Source of the DNA: an uncultured Chloroflexia bacterium
Lineage (GTDB): Bacteria > Chloroflexota > Anaerolineae > JAAYZQ01
Direction: 5' to 3'
Assembly: GCA_963700285.1 (NCBI GenBank)
Contig: CAVOXA010000001.1
Span: 1,280,001-1,344,000 of the forward strand
Length of the DNA: 64,000 bases
Below are positions 30,909 to 43,203 of the stretch, piece after piece; the first letter of the stretch is position 1; each line of letters starts with the position of its first letter. A program made the position numbers and the translations under genes. The notes beneath the pieces are model-generated. The model was given only the letters and a program-made list of their open reading frames with translations. It did no database searches and was not told where the DNA came from.

Positions 30909-32917
30909 ATCCCCGATTTTTTGCGGGTTGTCTCTGATTTTCCAGTCCGATCGGCCGATCAGCCGCAGGCCGTTGATCTCTGGTCGACGGCTTGGGCCGG
31001 GGCTGTCGACATCGAGACGCTGCTGGCGACGGGAACCGGCAAGACCTTTCCGTGACCAAGGTCGTGGAACGGACCCGGGAGCCAACGCTCGTGATGTGCC
31101 GCGACAGAGACGCTTCGGCGGCCCAGCTCTACTGCCGAGTTTCGCCAGTTCTTTCCCCACGACGCAGTCGAGTACTTTGTCTCCTCTATGGTTACTCCAG
31201 CGGGAAGCATATCTCCCTCGCCACGGACACCTACTCGAGAAGGATGCCCGACATCGACGAAGAGATCCAGAAGCTTCGCCTGGCCGCCACGGAAGCCTTG
31301 ATGTCCGGCGCGATGTGATCAGTCGCCGCGTATCGGCCATCTGCAGCCTCGGTTCGCCCGAGGAGTATGGGCGTGAGGTGGTCGAACTGGTTGCGGGGAA
31401 ACCCGTCGCCGTGCCTCGGTACTGCGCCACCTGGTGGCCATCCACTACACCACGACGACATCGCCTTCAAGCGCGGCTACCTTCGCGTTACGTGGCGATA
31501 CGCTGGACATCTTTCCGGCTTACCGTCGACGCGGCCATGCGGGTCGAATTCTGGCGGTATGTCGACCGCGTCACCGAGTTCGACCCCCTCACCCGCGAGA
31601 TCCTCGACGAACGGCAGTGGATCCAGATCTACCCGGCCGAGCGCTTTTGTCACCGTGTGAGAGGTACCGAGGCCATCAAGAACATCGAGGCCGAACTGGC
31701 GGAGCGCCTGGCCGAGCTCGCGCCCAGGACAAGCTGCTGGAGCGCCCCAGCGCCTGGAGCAGCGTTCCCTGTCTCGTGCGGTGATGCGCGAATCGGCTAC
31801 TGCTCGGGCATCGAGAACTCTCCCTGCACCTCAGCCACCGCGAACCGGCGCCGCACCCTCGACCCTGATCGACTACTTCCCGACGGATCTGTCTCTGGTC
31901 CTCGACGGAAGAGCCATATGACGGTGCCGCGATCCACGGCATGTACAATGGCGACCGGGCGCGCAAGGAGGTGCTGGTCGAACATCGCTTTCGCCTACCC
32001 CTCGGCGCTCGACAACCGGCCCCTTCCAGTTCCGCGAGTTCGAGGAGCGCGTCGACCAGGTGATCTATGCCTCGGCCACGCCGGGGCCCTACGAACAGCG
32101 AGATGTCGGCTCAGGTCGTTGACCAGATCATCCGTCCCACCGGTCTGGTCGGTACCCGGAAGTGATCGTCGGGCCCGACCAAAGGGCGGGTCGATGACCT
32201 GCTCGGCCGATCCGCAAGCAGGACGAGCGGGGCGAGCGGGTGCTGGTAACGACCCTGACCCAGCGGATCGCCGAGGATCTGGCGGACTACCTGGCCGAAC
32301 TGGGCCTCAAGGTCCGCTACCTCCACTCGGAGATGCGGACCTTGAGAGCGCGTTCGAGATCTTGCGTGATCCTGCGCCTCGGCGTGCACGATGTGGTGGT
32401 AGGCATCGACCTGTTGCGCGAGGGCCTGGACCTTCCGGAGGTCTCGCTCGTGGCCATCCTGGTGCCGACAAGGAGGGTTTCTTGCTGCTCTGACACGGCC
32501 CTCGTCCAGACCATCGGGCAGAGCCACCCGCACGTCAACGGCCAGGCTGATCATGTACGCGGCCAGTACCACGGACTCGATGCAGCGGGCCATTGATCGA
32601 CGCATGATCGCCGGGCCGTCCAGGAGAAGTATAATGAAGAGCAGCGCCGGCATCAGCCGCCGAGAGCATCGTCGAGAGAGGTCGGCAATCGTACCCGCAC
32701 CGAGTGCGCATGGTCGGCAGAGCGAACGGGCAGATACCGCCCCACAGGCGAATCTGCCCCGGCTGAAGTCAGGCCTACCTGATCGGCGGCTGGCGGCGCG
32801 GTCGAGCAGGCTACCGCGACCTGGAATTCGAGAAGGCGGCCCTGCTCCGCGATCAGATCTTTGAACTTCGCAGAGCGGTTGGAGGACGAGGCCGTGCCCA
32901 AGTGGGAGCCGATCTGA
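30909..32917 (+). CDS. uvrB: Excinuclease ABC subunit B (heavily frameshifted in this sequence; ends approximate)
   Basis: Fragments across frames: [90 protein letters not shown]. Confidence 0.9.
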
Positions 32918-33071
32918 AAAGAGAACCGCCAACGGTAGGCTTGAACCAGACTTGCACCTGTTACCGACCCTGGCCCACCTCCCGCGAAGATACTCGACCT
33001 GGACCTCATCCGAGTTATCGGTTCACAGATCCCTGGCCCGCCACAGCCCTGGAATTCCAGTTGTCTCACCC

Positions 33072-34129
33072 CTAGGCTGCTTCGAAGGACGCCCTGGCCA
33101 CATCCAGCGCTTCGTCAATGTCTTCAGCCGTTCGATGCCGTGATCCGGTTCGCAGCGCGAAAGCGACTGCCGCCCATGGCCCCGACCTGACCCCTCGCGC
33201 TGCCAGGCCGCATGGAACCTTGCTGGCTTCAGGGCCTTCGGGCGCTGTCTCAAAGATGACGAGGTTGGTCGGGACCCGGTCCAGGTCCAGCACGATGCCG
33301 GGCAAACGGCCAGCCCTCCGCCAGCTTGTGGGCGTTGGCCTGGTCCTCAGCCATGCGGTCGACCATGGTTTCCAGGGCCACGATACCGGCTGCAGCAAGC
33401 ACGCCTGCCTGTCGCATGCCGCCTCCCAGCAGCTTGCGCTGCCGCCGTGTTTCCGCGACGAACGGCGCCGGGCCGCACCCAGCGCTCCCACCGGCGCGGC
33501 CAAACCCTTGGATAGGCAAAACGTTACCGAATCCGCATCGAGGGTCAGGTCGGCCACGGGTACGCCCAGCGCTACGGCCGCGTTAAACACCCGCGCCCCA
33601 TCCAGATCGACGGCCCGGCCATGGCGGTCCGCCAGGGCGCGGACCTGGCTCATGTACGCAGGGGTGAGCGCCGGCCCCGCCGCAGCGGTTATGCGTGTTC
33701 TCCAGGCAGATGAGCCGGCTGTGGGGATGATGCGGGTTGTCGGTCGGCCGGATAGCCGCTTCGATGTCGGCGAGGTCAAGCGTGCCGTCGGGCTGGTTGG
33801 GCACCGTCCGGGGGTGGATGCCGCCTACGGCAGCAGCACCGCCCGCCTCGAAAAAGAAAAGTGTGGGCCATGTGGCCCATGATCGCTTCCTGGCCCCGCT
33901 GGCAGTGGGCCAGCAGGGCGGACCCAGGTTGCCCATGGTGCCGCTGACCACGAACAGTCCGGCCTCCTTGCCCATTCGTTCGGCCGCCATTGCTTCCAGG
34001 CGATTGACTGTCGGGTCTTCACCATCACGTCATCGCCAAGTTCCGGCCTCGAACATGGCCTGGCGCATGGCGGGGGTGGGCAGGGTTACTGTGTCGCTCC
34101 GCAAATCGATGAATCTCAGAAGGCTCCAT
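33072..34129 (-). CDS. ltaE: Low-specificity L-threonine aldolase (frameshifted)
   Basis: [51 protein letters not shown]. Confidence 0.88.
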
Positions 34130-34239
34130 TGCGTTCTTCCTCCTATATTGAAGGGACTGGCGTTCTTCCAGGGGCATTGTACTGCAACATCAACAAGTTG
34201 GCAAGAAACCCACGCCCACAGCATCCATTCGGCCCTGAG

Positions 34240-34350
34240 CTGTCATTCCCGCGCAAGCTTGGCCCGAGTAGAATCTCCCTCCGGGAGTTGCACCCTGGGA
34301 ACCAACCGGTTTCAATCGGTCATTCTCCCATGCTCCTGGCGGGAATCCAC
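34240..34350. repeat. Degenerate GTCATTCCCGC...GCGGGAATCCA palindromic (REP/dRS3-like) element
   Basis: TGTCATTCCCGCG at ~34241; GTCATTCTCCC...GGCGGGAATCCA at ~34319-34349. Confidence 0.45.
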
Positions 34351-34464
34351 GTGAGCCCGGCCTCCAGCAACCTGCAACCTGGACTTTTCGGATCAGATGC
34401 GCTACAATCCGGCAGCGAACGCTGTCAAGGAGGCAGCGCCATGGTTGCTGCAAGGCAGAAAGTC

Positions 34465-35737
34465 ATGTACTCTCCAAGGACGCCCCTTTGAGCGATAGAG
34501 TGCCGAATATACGCGGGTCTGCCCGTACGACCACCTGGCGTCTGGTGGAGCAGCCGGGATGGCGCGCCTATTCCTCAACACAGCGCTGCGCATGGGCTAC
34601 CCATTTGCGCCAGCGCTCAGCCGTGGACTGGGTGTGCCGCTCGACCTCGATGACCTCGGGTCTCGCCCTCAGCCAGTTGACCGGCTTCTTTGGTATCATT
34701 ACTGGGCCCATGGCCGATGGCTGGGGCAGGCGACGGATGATGCTCGCCGGGATGACCATGCTTGCTGGCGGCATGCTGGTTGCGGCAGCCCATCCAACCT
34801 TTGTGACCGTGCTGATGGCCCTCTTTCTAGCTGGATTCGGCAAGACCTTCTTCGACCCGGCGCTAAAGGCCTACGTCGGCGATTGGATTCCCTACGAACG
34901 CCGAGGGGCGGGTCATGGGCGTTCTCGAGTTCTCCTCGGCAGCGAGTCTGCTGTTCGGTATGCCACTCGTCGCCCTGTTGATAAGCCGCTTTGGATGGCG
35001 GTCTCCCTTCTTCTCCTGGGTGCTGCCGGCCTGGTGAGTGCAGCCTCCATACTATTGCTGTTCCCTCGGGGACGCCTGCGGGCTCAGTACTCGGTAGTCG
35101 CGGCAGGCCTTCTCAGTGCCTGGCAGCACCTGGCTGGCGAACCGGCGGCCCTCTGGGTACTGGCTTCCAGTGTGTTGGTCGCCGCAGCCAACCTCGCTCT
35201 CTTTGTCGTCTATGGCGCTTGGATGGAGCAGTCTTTCTCCTTGAGCATTGTTGCGCTTGGAACGACCGGCTTGCTCATTGGCCTCAGCGAGTTGTTGGGC
35301 GAAAGCCTCACCGCCTTAACCTCTGACCGGATCGGTCTGAAGCACGCGCTCCTCATCGGCTCGGCCCTCCTGGTCGGCAGTTACTGTCTGTTGCCCTGGT
35401 TTGGCCACAGCCTGTCGATGGCCTGGCGGGCTTGTTCATCGTCTTTGTCTGCTACGAGTTCGTGGTCGTCACCGCGATGTCCCTGTCCACTGAGATACTG
35501 CCTCATGCCCGCGCGACGATGATCTCTGCGCTCATTGTGGCCAGTAGCCTTGGCCGTGCGGTGGGCACCGCTGGCGGGGCACTGGTTTGGGAGGAGGGCG
35601 GGCTGCTGGCAATCAGTATCTTCGCAGCAGTGATCACGGCGTTCAGCTTGTTGTGTTTGGTCTGGGGGCTGCGCAATTGGCGCCCCGAGAGCGCACTCTC
35701 TCCCCGGAGCCTGGGGGTCTCAGAGGAGGATCTTCGA
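34465..35737 (+). CDS. MFS transporter (frameshifted; ends approximate)
   Basis: GPMADGWGRRRMML and SDRIGLK MFS loop motifs; hydrophobic helices in ORFs 34488, 34559 and 35432. Confidence 0.75.
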
Positions 35738-37125
35738 ATGACCGATATTCTCGTCAAGAATGGCACCATTGCCACAATGGATCAGCAGGCTAATGTCTAC
35801 CAAAACGGCAGCCTGTACGTCAAGGATGGCAGGATTGTCGCGGTAGGAGAGCAAGTCGATGTCTCTGGCAGTCCGGATCACATCATCGATGCGGAACACA
35901 AGGTGGTTCTCCCGGCTTTGTGAATGCCCACGCCCACCTCCAGCAGTACTTTCGGGGCGTCTATGAGCTGGTCGACGAGTTCTACAAGGTCGATCTTCCC
36001 CTGGAAGGGTACCGCCGTCCCGAAGACATGGAATACCTGGGCCTCGCCTCTTGCGCCGAGTTCATCTATGGCGGTTGCACCACGGCCATGGTCATCTAAC
36101 CTACCCCGATGGCTTTGCCAGGGCTGTGAGCGAGGCTGGCAACCGGGTTATCTTGGCAGCCGATATCGAGGAGGTGGATCTCGACAGGCTTGGGGCAGGG
36201 GGTCTATGAATACCTGCCTGAGAAAGGGGACGCAGCCTTCGAGCGCGCCCAGGACCTCTACCGGAACTGGCATGGGAACGCAGGTGGCCGCATAACCACC
36301 ATCATGGCGCCCAAAGCTCCGGATCTGGCTCGGGCCGAAACCTACCTGCGCTGCAAGGCATTCGCTGACAGCCACGGCCTGAGATTGACCACACACCTCT
36401 CCCAGAGCTGGCGTGAGGTCAAACAGGTAGAAAAACTGTATGGCAAGACGCCGCCCCAGCATCTGCACGACCTGGGCATTCTCGACGAACAATTGACCGG
36501 TGCTCACTGTACTTACGCTACCGAGCTGGATACCCAGCTTATCGCAGAGGCTGGCATGGGCATTCTGCACTGCCGATCCGTCACCAATCCGCTCGTCCGC
36601 TGGATGGACATGGGCATACCTGTTGGCCTGGGAACCGACGACTACCACCACGACATGCTCCAGCTCCTGAGGGAGAACCTGGCGGGCCAGGCCGCGCGCG
36701 CCCGGCTCATCGAAGGGGCCGAAGAGATGCTGGCCAGTGACCGGCGTACCTCCCGGCCCAGCTTTTACGAACTCCTCGAGCTGGCTACCCGGCGTGGCGC
36801 AGAAACCTTGGGCATCGACGGAGAGGTGGGCTCCCTGGAGCCAGGCAAAAAGGCCGACATCATCACCATCAACATGCAGAACCCCTACCTGACGCCCACC
36901 CTGGATCCCCTCACCAGTATCGTGCTGTATGGTTCTTCGCGGGATGTTGACACGGTCATCGTGGATGGGCGTGTCCTCAAGAAAGATGGAAACCTCACCA
37001 GCCTGGATCTGAAGGAGGCGCTGGCCACCGGTCAGGCGAGAGTCGAGCAGATCATTGGCAGGTTTTTTCAAGAGCATCCTGATCAGAAAAGCGCCTGGCT
37101 GCGCAGGGTCCCGTATTTGGGGTAG
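35738..37125 (+). CDS. Amidohydrolase (MTA/SAH deaminase, Atz/Trz-like; frameshifted)
   Basis: MTDILVKNG, VLPGFVNAHAH, THLSQ, GAHC, GLGTD, GSLEPGKKADI, VDTVIVDG. Confidence 0.85.
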
Positions 37126-37164
37126 CCTGCCCGGTTCGCCAAGCACGTCTGTGGAGTGAGCGTG

Positions 37165-37710
37165 ATGAGCATCATCCGACAAAATCTGCCCCTCACCATG
37201 GTACGGGACAACCTCGAGGGAATCCCCCGCCATGGCCTGCCTGTTGGTTATTCGATGCGGAGGTACCAGCCGGGCGACAAACGCCTTTGGGAAGAGATCC
37301 ACCGCCTGGCCGATCCGTACAGCGCCATCGCCCCTCACCTCTTCGGCCAGGAGTTTGGACCTGACGAATCAGTGCTGGCAGAGCGCCAATTCTACCTCCT
37401 GGACGCTCGGCAGCGGGCGATTGGTACGGCCACCGCGTGGTATGATGATGACTTTGAGGGAGTGGGCTATGGTCGCGTTCACTGGGTAGCCATCGTTCCA
37501 GAGTACCAGGGCCAGGGGTTGGCCAAGCCGCTAATGGCGGCTATCTGCTGCCGGCTGCGGGAATTGGGGCATGAGCGCGCCTATCTGAGGACCTCTTCCG
37601 CCCGCATTCCGGCTATTCATCTGTACCTGCGCTTTGGCTTCATTCCCTTGATCGATGGACCTGACGGACTCGGGCTCTGGCGACAACTTGAAAAAGAACT
37701 CGGGCGGTGA
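37165..37710 (+). CDS. GNAT family N-acetyltransferase
   Basis: HWVAIVPEYQGQGLAK acetyl-CoA motif, AIHLYLRFGF. Confidence 0.88.
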   Translation: MSIIRQNLPLTMVRDNLEGIPRHGLPVGYSMRRYQPGDKRLWEEIHRLADPYSAIAPHLFGQEFGPDESVLAERQFYLLDARQRAIGTATAWYDDDFEGVGYGRVHWVAIVPEYQGQGLAKPLMAAICCRLRELGHERAYLRTSSARIPAIHLYLRFGFIPLIDGPDGLGLWRQLEKELGR

Positions 37711-37815
37711 GCGCCTGTGGTTGGACGATGCGGTGATGGTATACCTTCCTCTGTTCCGCATCCCGTCCCGCTCTGCTGTGGGAGGGCCTTTGGTGCACAT
37801 CTCCAGGCTTGCCCA

Positions 37816-40800
37816 TCATCCCTCACGAAGGGCATTGTCTATGCATGTGCTCATCTTTTCTGCCAGGACCCGCATGTGGGATTCTTCTACCGCGATACCA
37901 TGGGCACCAACGATGGATACGTGACTGCCAGGGATCTCGTGGACTTGAGCACCTCCCTCCGCAAACTCGCCCCAACCCGCCCGCGGGCTGTCGGCATCGC
38001 TCAAAGTCGCCTTGGCCAGAAAGATCTCAATCCGACCTGGGTAGGGGCGTGGAACGTAGCGCCTTACGGCCCACAAGTTGGCCAGGACCTTTAGCCTGAG
38101 GCGCATATAGTCTCGCTGTCCGGTGGAGGGTAGTTCAACTATCCTGTGCGTGTGGTGGCCAATGCGTTGCCGAAATGTTCGAAGGAGGTAAGACACAAAG
38201 CGTAGGGTGGTCTGCAGCCCAGGACTTCGCAGGGGTGAGGGTTCCACCATGGCCAGGAGAGGCACTTTCTGTCCCTGTGCCCAGAGTTGTTGAGCCATCT
38301 CAAAGGCCACAACGGCGCCCGAGCACACCCCAGCCAGGAGATAGGGGCCCTCGTGCTGCACGCGACGGATCTCATGCAGATAGCGTGCAGCCATTGCCTC
38401 GATCCAGACTCAGTAGATCCAATTCTGTATCGATAGCGTGCTAGCCTGTGTGGAAATTGTCAGGCTTGCCCAAACCTTGTAAGATTGTAAGCACCACACC
38501 GACAATCCAAGGAGGGCAAGCCCATGAAGGATGATACACTGAAATTGACTGATCAGCAAGTACTTGAACAGGCGCGTGTTGGCCTTCAGAAGCATTTGGC
38601 CCTGGAGGCAAAAGGCTTCAAGTGCTCCACGGAGGATCTGTTGAATGTGCTGTTGGCCGTTGGTGCCACGGGGAATACCATCGAGTCGGTTTGCGCTGAC
38701 CTGATTGGTACCCCACACCCGGAGACCATTCGCCAGTACTTGAATGAGCAACTGACCGTGGAAGGCTTGCCTGATCTGGAGCGCAGCTTGAATGCTGCCC
38801 TGGCAGCCCAAAGCCCACTGCGCGTCTGGCGTCAGTCTCGCGATATTGCCATTGACCTGCATGACCGATCGTACTACGGTAAAACCTCGCAAGAAGAAGG
38901 CCTTTGGGTTCGGGGCAAAGCCAAGAATGGCACGACGCGGTTCTACCGTGTCGCTACGGCCTACGTCATCCTGCGAGGACTGCGCGTAACCTTGGCTCTT
39001 CGTTTCTTCTTGCCGGATGATGACATAGTCACGGTGCTGGATATCTTGCTGCGTCAGCTTGAAAAGATAGAAATCCGTGTGAAACGATTGCTTTTGGACA
39101 AAGGGTTCGCCAGCATTGCGGGCATGGAATATCTGACCGAGCGTCAGATACCAGCTCTGATTGCCTGCCCCATCCGTGGGCGGACGGGCGGTACACGCGC
39201 CTTGTGTCGTGGGAACAAGAGCTATAGCACAACGCACACCTTCCAGAGCCAGAACAAGAAACCCTTCACCGCTCAGATGGTAGTCTGCCGGGTGTTCACC
39301 ACGGCCCAGCGTACAGGGCGGATGAAGCGCCGTGCCGATTGGCTGATCTTCATCTCGATCAATCTGGACCTGTCGCCCCGCCAAGCGCGTCGACTGTACC
39401 GCAAACGGTTCGGCATTGAAACCGGTTATAGATGCGCCAACCAAGTACGGGGCTGGACCACATCCAAGAACGCTGCCTATCGATTCGTGCTCATCGGACT
39501 GAGCTTCTTTCTGCTGAACGTGTGGCTGCACTTGCGTTGGCATTACACCCAGCTTCCGCGCCGTGGCTGCCGCTTGTTAGACACCAAGCGATTCCAATTG
39601 AATCGGTTTTCCAAGTTTGTTACCCGTGCATTGGAGCAACACTATGGTTGCGTTCATGAAATCATCGCACCAGCCGCGCCTCGGCCCTAATAATTTGGAT
39701 CTACTGAGACTGGATTCTGAGCCCCATCCTGGAGGCCGTAGAACGGTTGCTCAGGGCCGAGGTACTGGGCAAGATCGCCGAGATCAGTGAACACATTGCC
39801 TACATTGCCAGGGACAACAAACAGAGGAGGTCTGGAGCCGGCGAGCCGCATCGACACCAGCGGTGACCATGCTGCTGTCACAGATCCCTTCTCCCGGTCC
39901 ACGGTCGCTGCCAACTCTTCGATGGTTGGCGCCTGAAAGAGGGCGGCCAGCGGCAGCTCTACATTGAGTGTTTTGTTTATGAGGGCTAGCAGGCGTATGC
40001 CCAACAGCGAGTGCCCCCCAAGGTCGAAGAAGTTGTCATGGACGCCTACCCGCTCAACGCCCAGGACTTGGGCCCAGATACTGGCCAGTGCTTCTTCCCC
40101 TGGAGTCCGGGGGGCGGCATAAGCAGCCCCTAACTGAGAAAGACTCCCGTCGGGCTCGGGAAGCGCGTTCCGGTCGACCTTACCGCTGGGCGTGAGAGGC
40201 AGTTGCTCCAGAAACACAAAGGCCGTAGGGACCAGCGCCGCTGGTAGTTGCTGACTCAGATAGGTTCTCAATTGGCCAGCCGTCGCACGTTCTTCCCTTG
40301 AAGCGACCACATAGGCTGCGAGATAGGTCTCCCCCTGCTTCTGCTTCCGGGAGATAACCACACAGGCCTCCACGGCCGGGTGGCGGGCCAAGATGGCGGT
40401 GACCTCGCCAGGTTCTACACGCACCCCTCGGATCTTGACCTGGTCGTCGAGCCGGCCCAGGATCCTCGAGTAGTCCGTCGGGCCGATATCTGCCCCGGTC
40501 GCCCGTATAGTACAGCAGGTCTCCCTCGTCGTTATGGAATGGGTTCGGGGCGAAGCGATTCTGTTCTTCCTCGGAGGCATGGACGTAGCCCAGGGTCCGG
40601 AAGGGTGTGCGCAGCACGATACTCCCCCAGGTTCACCAATACCACACAACCGCTTTCTGTCTGTGAGAACCAATGCCTGGGTCTGTGGCATCGGCCAGCC
40701 TGCAGGTTGGACACCGGGGAGAGGCTCGGCTGGCACACGATAGAAACACTTGACCATGGTGGTCTCGGTGGGCCCATAGAGGTTGATGATTTCGCCTCCA

Positions 40801-43203
40801 CCAGAGAAGGTAGCCCGCCATTTGCGAACCAGCGCCTCGGTGAGCGGTTCACCCGCAAAGAACACCCAGCGCATGGCACGCAGAGAGATGCTCGCTGGAG
40901 CATGAGCCAGCCATAGTTGGGCCAGAGATGGCACCGTGTTCACAATCGTGATGCGCTCATGTTCGAGCCACTGCATGAGATTTGCGGATCAAGGGCATCC
41001 GTACCATCTGGCAGACAGAGCGTCGCGCCGCTGACCAACGGCAAGAAGACATCCCGTAGAACTGCGTCAAAGGAAAGGCCAATCAACTGCGCTGCCCGGT
41101 CTCCTGGTCCGACCGAAAAGGTGTCACGCTGCCAGGCAAGGAAATGTCCCAGGCTCTTGTGACAGCCCAATACGCCTTTGGGCACACCCGTCGTGCCAGA
41201 GGTGAAAAAGATGTAGGCCGGATCATCGGGACTCGGGTCTGGCAAAGGACCTGAATCCTGCCCCTCATCCGGCTCTGCACCCATGAACCGGCCTGTCTCT
41301 TGGTCTACCCGTAGAACAACCAGATCTGGCCCTCCAGCCTGACCACCCACCCGCCTCGTAAGCGCCACTGACGCGCAACATTGCCTTCGCAGCAGCCTCT
41401 CGCAGCATGAGCTGCTGTCGCTGGAGGGGAAGTGAGGGATCAATGGGCAAGAGCACGCAGCCACTCATGAATGTGCCGATCATGCTGGCAATCAAACCAA
41501 AGCTCCGCGAACCGAACACTGCTACCACATCCCCTGGCTGCAATCCTCTGGCTAGCAAATGTCGCGCTAGGGAATGGGCACACTCGGACAATGTGCCGTA
41601 GGTCCAGTTTCGTCCAGCTTGGATGACCGCTGGGCTGTCTGGTGCGCGATCTGCCCACGCGGCGAACATTTGCATCACCGTTTCCTGGGGCGGTTCAGCC
41701 AGAAGGGCGCGCGGATCAGGCAGCAAGGGGTGGGCTTCTGATGTCACAAGAGAGAGTGTGTTGATAGGTTTTTCAGGAGCAGAGAGGACCTGCTCGAGCA
41801 ACTGCCGGTATTGCCTCAGCATCTCGGCCATGCGCGCCTGGCTGAATAGGTCGGCATTATAGACGAAACGCAACTGAATGCTCTCGCCCTGGTCCGAGAC
41901 ATACACAGCTAAGTCGAAATTCGAACTTTGTCCCCCTGCGAGGGAGGTTGCTGATGCTGAGCCCTTGCAGAGCCAGGGGTGTGTTCCGTGCGGGGAGCAT
42001 GTTGAAGAAGACCTGAAAGAAGGGAGTACGGCCAAGTTCGCGTTCCGGCTGGAACTCCTCGAGAAGTTTTTCAAAAGGGACATCCTGATGATCATAGGCC
42101 GCCAGGGTGGTCTCGCGCACTCGGTGGAGCAGTTCGAAAAATGATGGCTGCCCGGACAGATTGTGCAGGACCAGATTGTTCAGGAAGAAGCCGATCAAAG
42201 CCTCAGTCTCGCGGGTGATTCCGGCCGGCAATGGGTGTACCGAACGAACGAGACGTCCTCCTGGCCAGTGAGGCGGTAGAGCAGCGCCTTGAACGCGGCC
42301 AGCAAGGTCATGAACAGGGTGGTGCGCTCCCGTTGGCCGAGTGTTTTGAGCGCATGGGTCGTACCCCTTCGGTATCTCCAGGGACTGCGTCCCCCCCCGA
42401 TAGGTCTGCATTGGCGGACGCTGGTGGTCAAGGGGCAGCTCCAGGTTGGGCGGAGCGCCTTCAAGCTGCTGCTTCCAGTAGCCAAGCTGTTTCTCCAATA
42501 CCTTCCCCCGAAGCTACTTCCCTGCTGCCACAGGGCATAGTCCGCGTACTGGATGGGTAGCTCGGGAAGCGGTGAAGGTTTTCCAGCGGCAGAGGCAGCG
42601 TACAGGTCAGATTTCGCGGCGGAGGATGCCCATTGACCAGCCGTCGGAGATGATGTGGTGGATGCTGAGGAGCAGCACATGCTCTTCATCCTGCAGCCGC
42701 CACAAGGCGGCTCGCAGAAGTGGACCCTGGGCCAGGTCGAAGGGCTGCCGGGCACCCTCCTCAACCAGCCGCTGGACTTTATCCTGCCGCTTGCTCTCGG
42801 GGCAGCTCTCGTAGATCGACCACCGGCAGGCTCAAGGCCAGGGCTGGGAGATCTTTTGCACTGGCCGGCCATCCATGGCGAAGAAGGTGGTTCGCAAAGC
42901 CTCGTGGCGCCGTACTGACCTCGTTAAGGCTCTGCTTCAGCGCTGCTACGTTCAGCGGTCCCAAAATCTGATAGGCTCTGGACATAATGCGGACGGGACT
43001 GCCAGGCTCCAACTGGTCGAGGAACCATAACCGCTCCTGGCCAAAGGACAGCGGTATCTCGTCGAGATCGTGTCTCCGGGGCCTCACCTGTTGCCGAGTC
43101 GGTGCTATTCCTCCTTCCCCTCGAGGAGGTAGGCAAGAAGCTCTAGATTCTCCTTACTAGTGAGTTCATTGCTATCTAGGCGCTTTTCGGTCTGGTGGGT
43201 CAC
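37816..43203 (-). CDS. NRPS unit 6: C-A-PCP-TE (frameshifted; TE interrupted by IS)
   Basis: PLSFGQERLWFLDQLEP, HHIISDGWS, FTSGTTGVPKG, SFDAVLRD, NLYGPTE, QVKIRG, LTPSGKVDR, FFDLGGHSLL, TE PYLLAGVCSG. The start (GTG ~43203) is uncertain. Confidence 0.85.
38411..39706 (+). mobile_element. Insertion sequence, ISH3-like (IS4 superfamily DDE), 1296 bp
   Basis: TIRs CAGTAGATCCAA (38411-38422) and TTGGATCTACTG (39695-39706); 5-bp direct repeat AGACT at 38406-38410 and 39707-39711. Confidence 0.9.
38524..39690 (+). CDS. ISH3-like DDE transposase
   Basis: IAIDLHDRSYYG, KNGTTRFY, LLLDKGF, YRKRFGIETGYR (YxxRxxIExxYR signature); intact 388 aa. Confidence 0.88.
   Translation: MKDDTLKLTDQQVLEQARVGLQKHLALEAKGFKCSTEDLLNVLLAVGATGNTIESVCADLIGTPHPETIRQYLNEQLTVEGLPDLERSLNAALAAQSPLRVWRQSRDIAIDLHDRSYYGKTSQEEGLWVRGKAKNGTTRFYRVATAYVILRGLRVTLALRFFLPDDDIVTVLDILLRQLEKIEIRVKRLLLDKGFASIAGMEYLTERQIPALIACPIRGRTGGTRALCRGNKSYSTTHTFQSQNKKPFTAQMVVCRVFTTAQRTGRMKRRADWLIFISINLDLSPRQARRLYRKRFGIETGYRCANQVRGWTTSKNAAYRFVLIGLSFFLLNVWLHLRWHYTQLPRRGCRLLDTKRFQLNRFSKFVTRALEQHYGCVHEIIAPAAPRP

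Noticed and set aside
30909-32917. uvrB as a true pseudogene or a programmed frameshift
   Set aside because: Too many scattered indels, shared with unrelated neighbouring genes; sequencing error is more parsimonious.
35738-37710. Amidohydrolase, GNAT and MFS as NRPS tailoring/export genes
   Set aside because: They are on the opposite, convergent strand and belong to generic families; there is no evidence of linkage beyond proximity.
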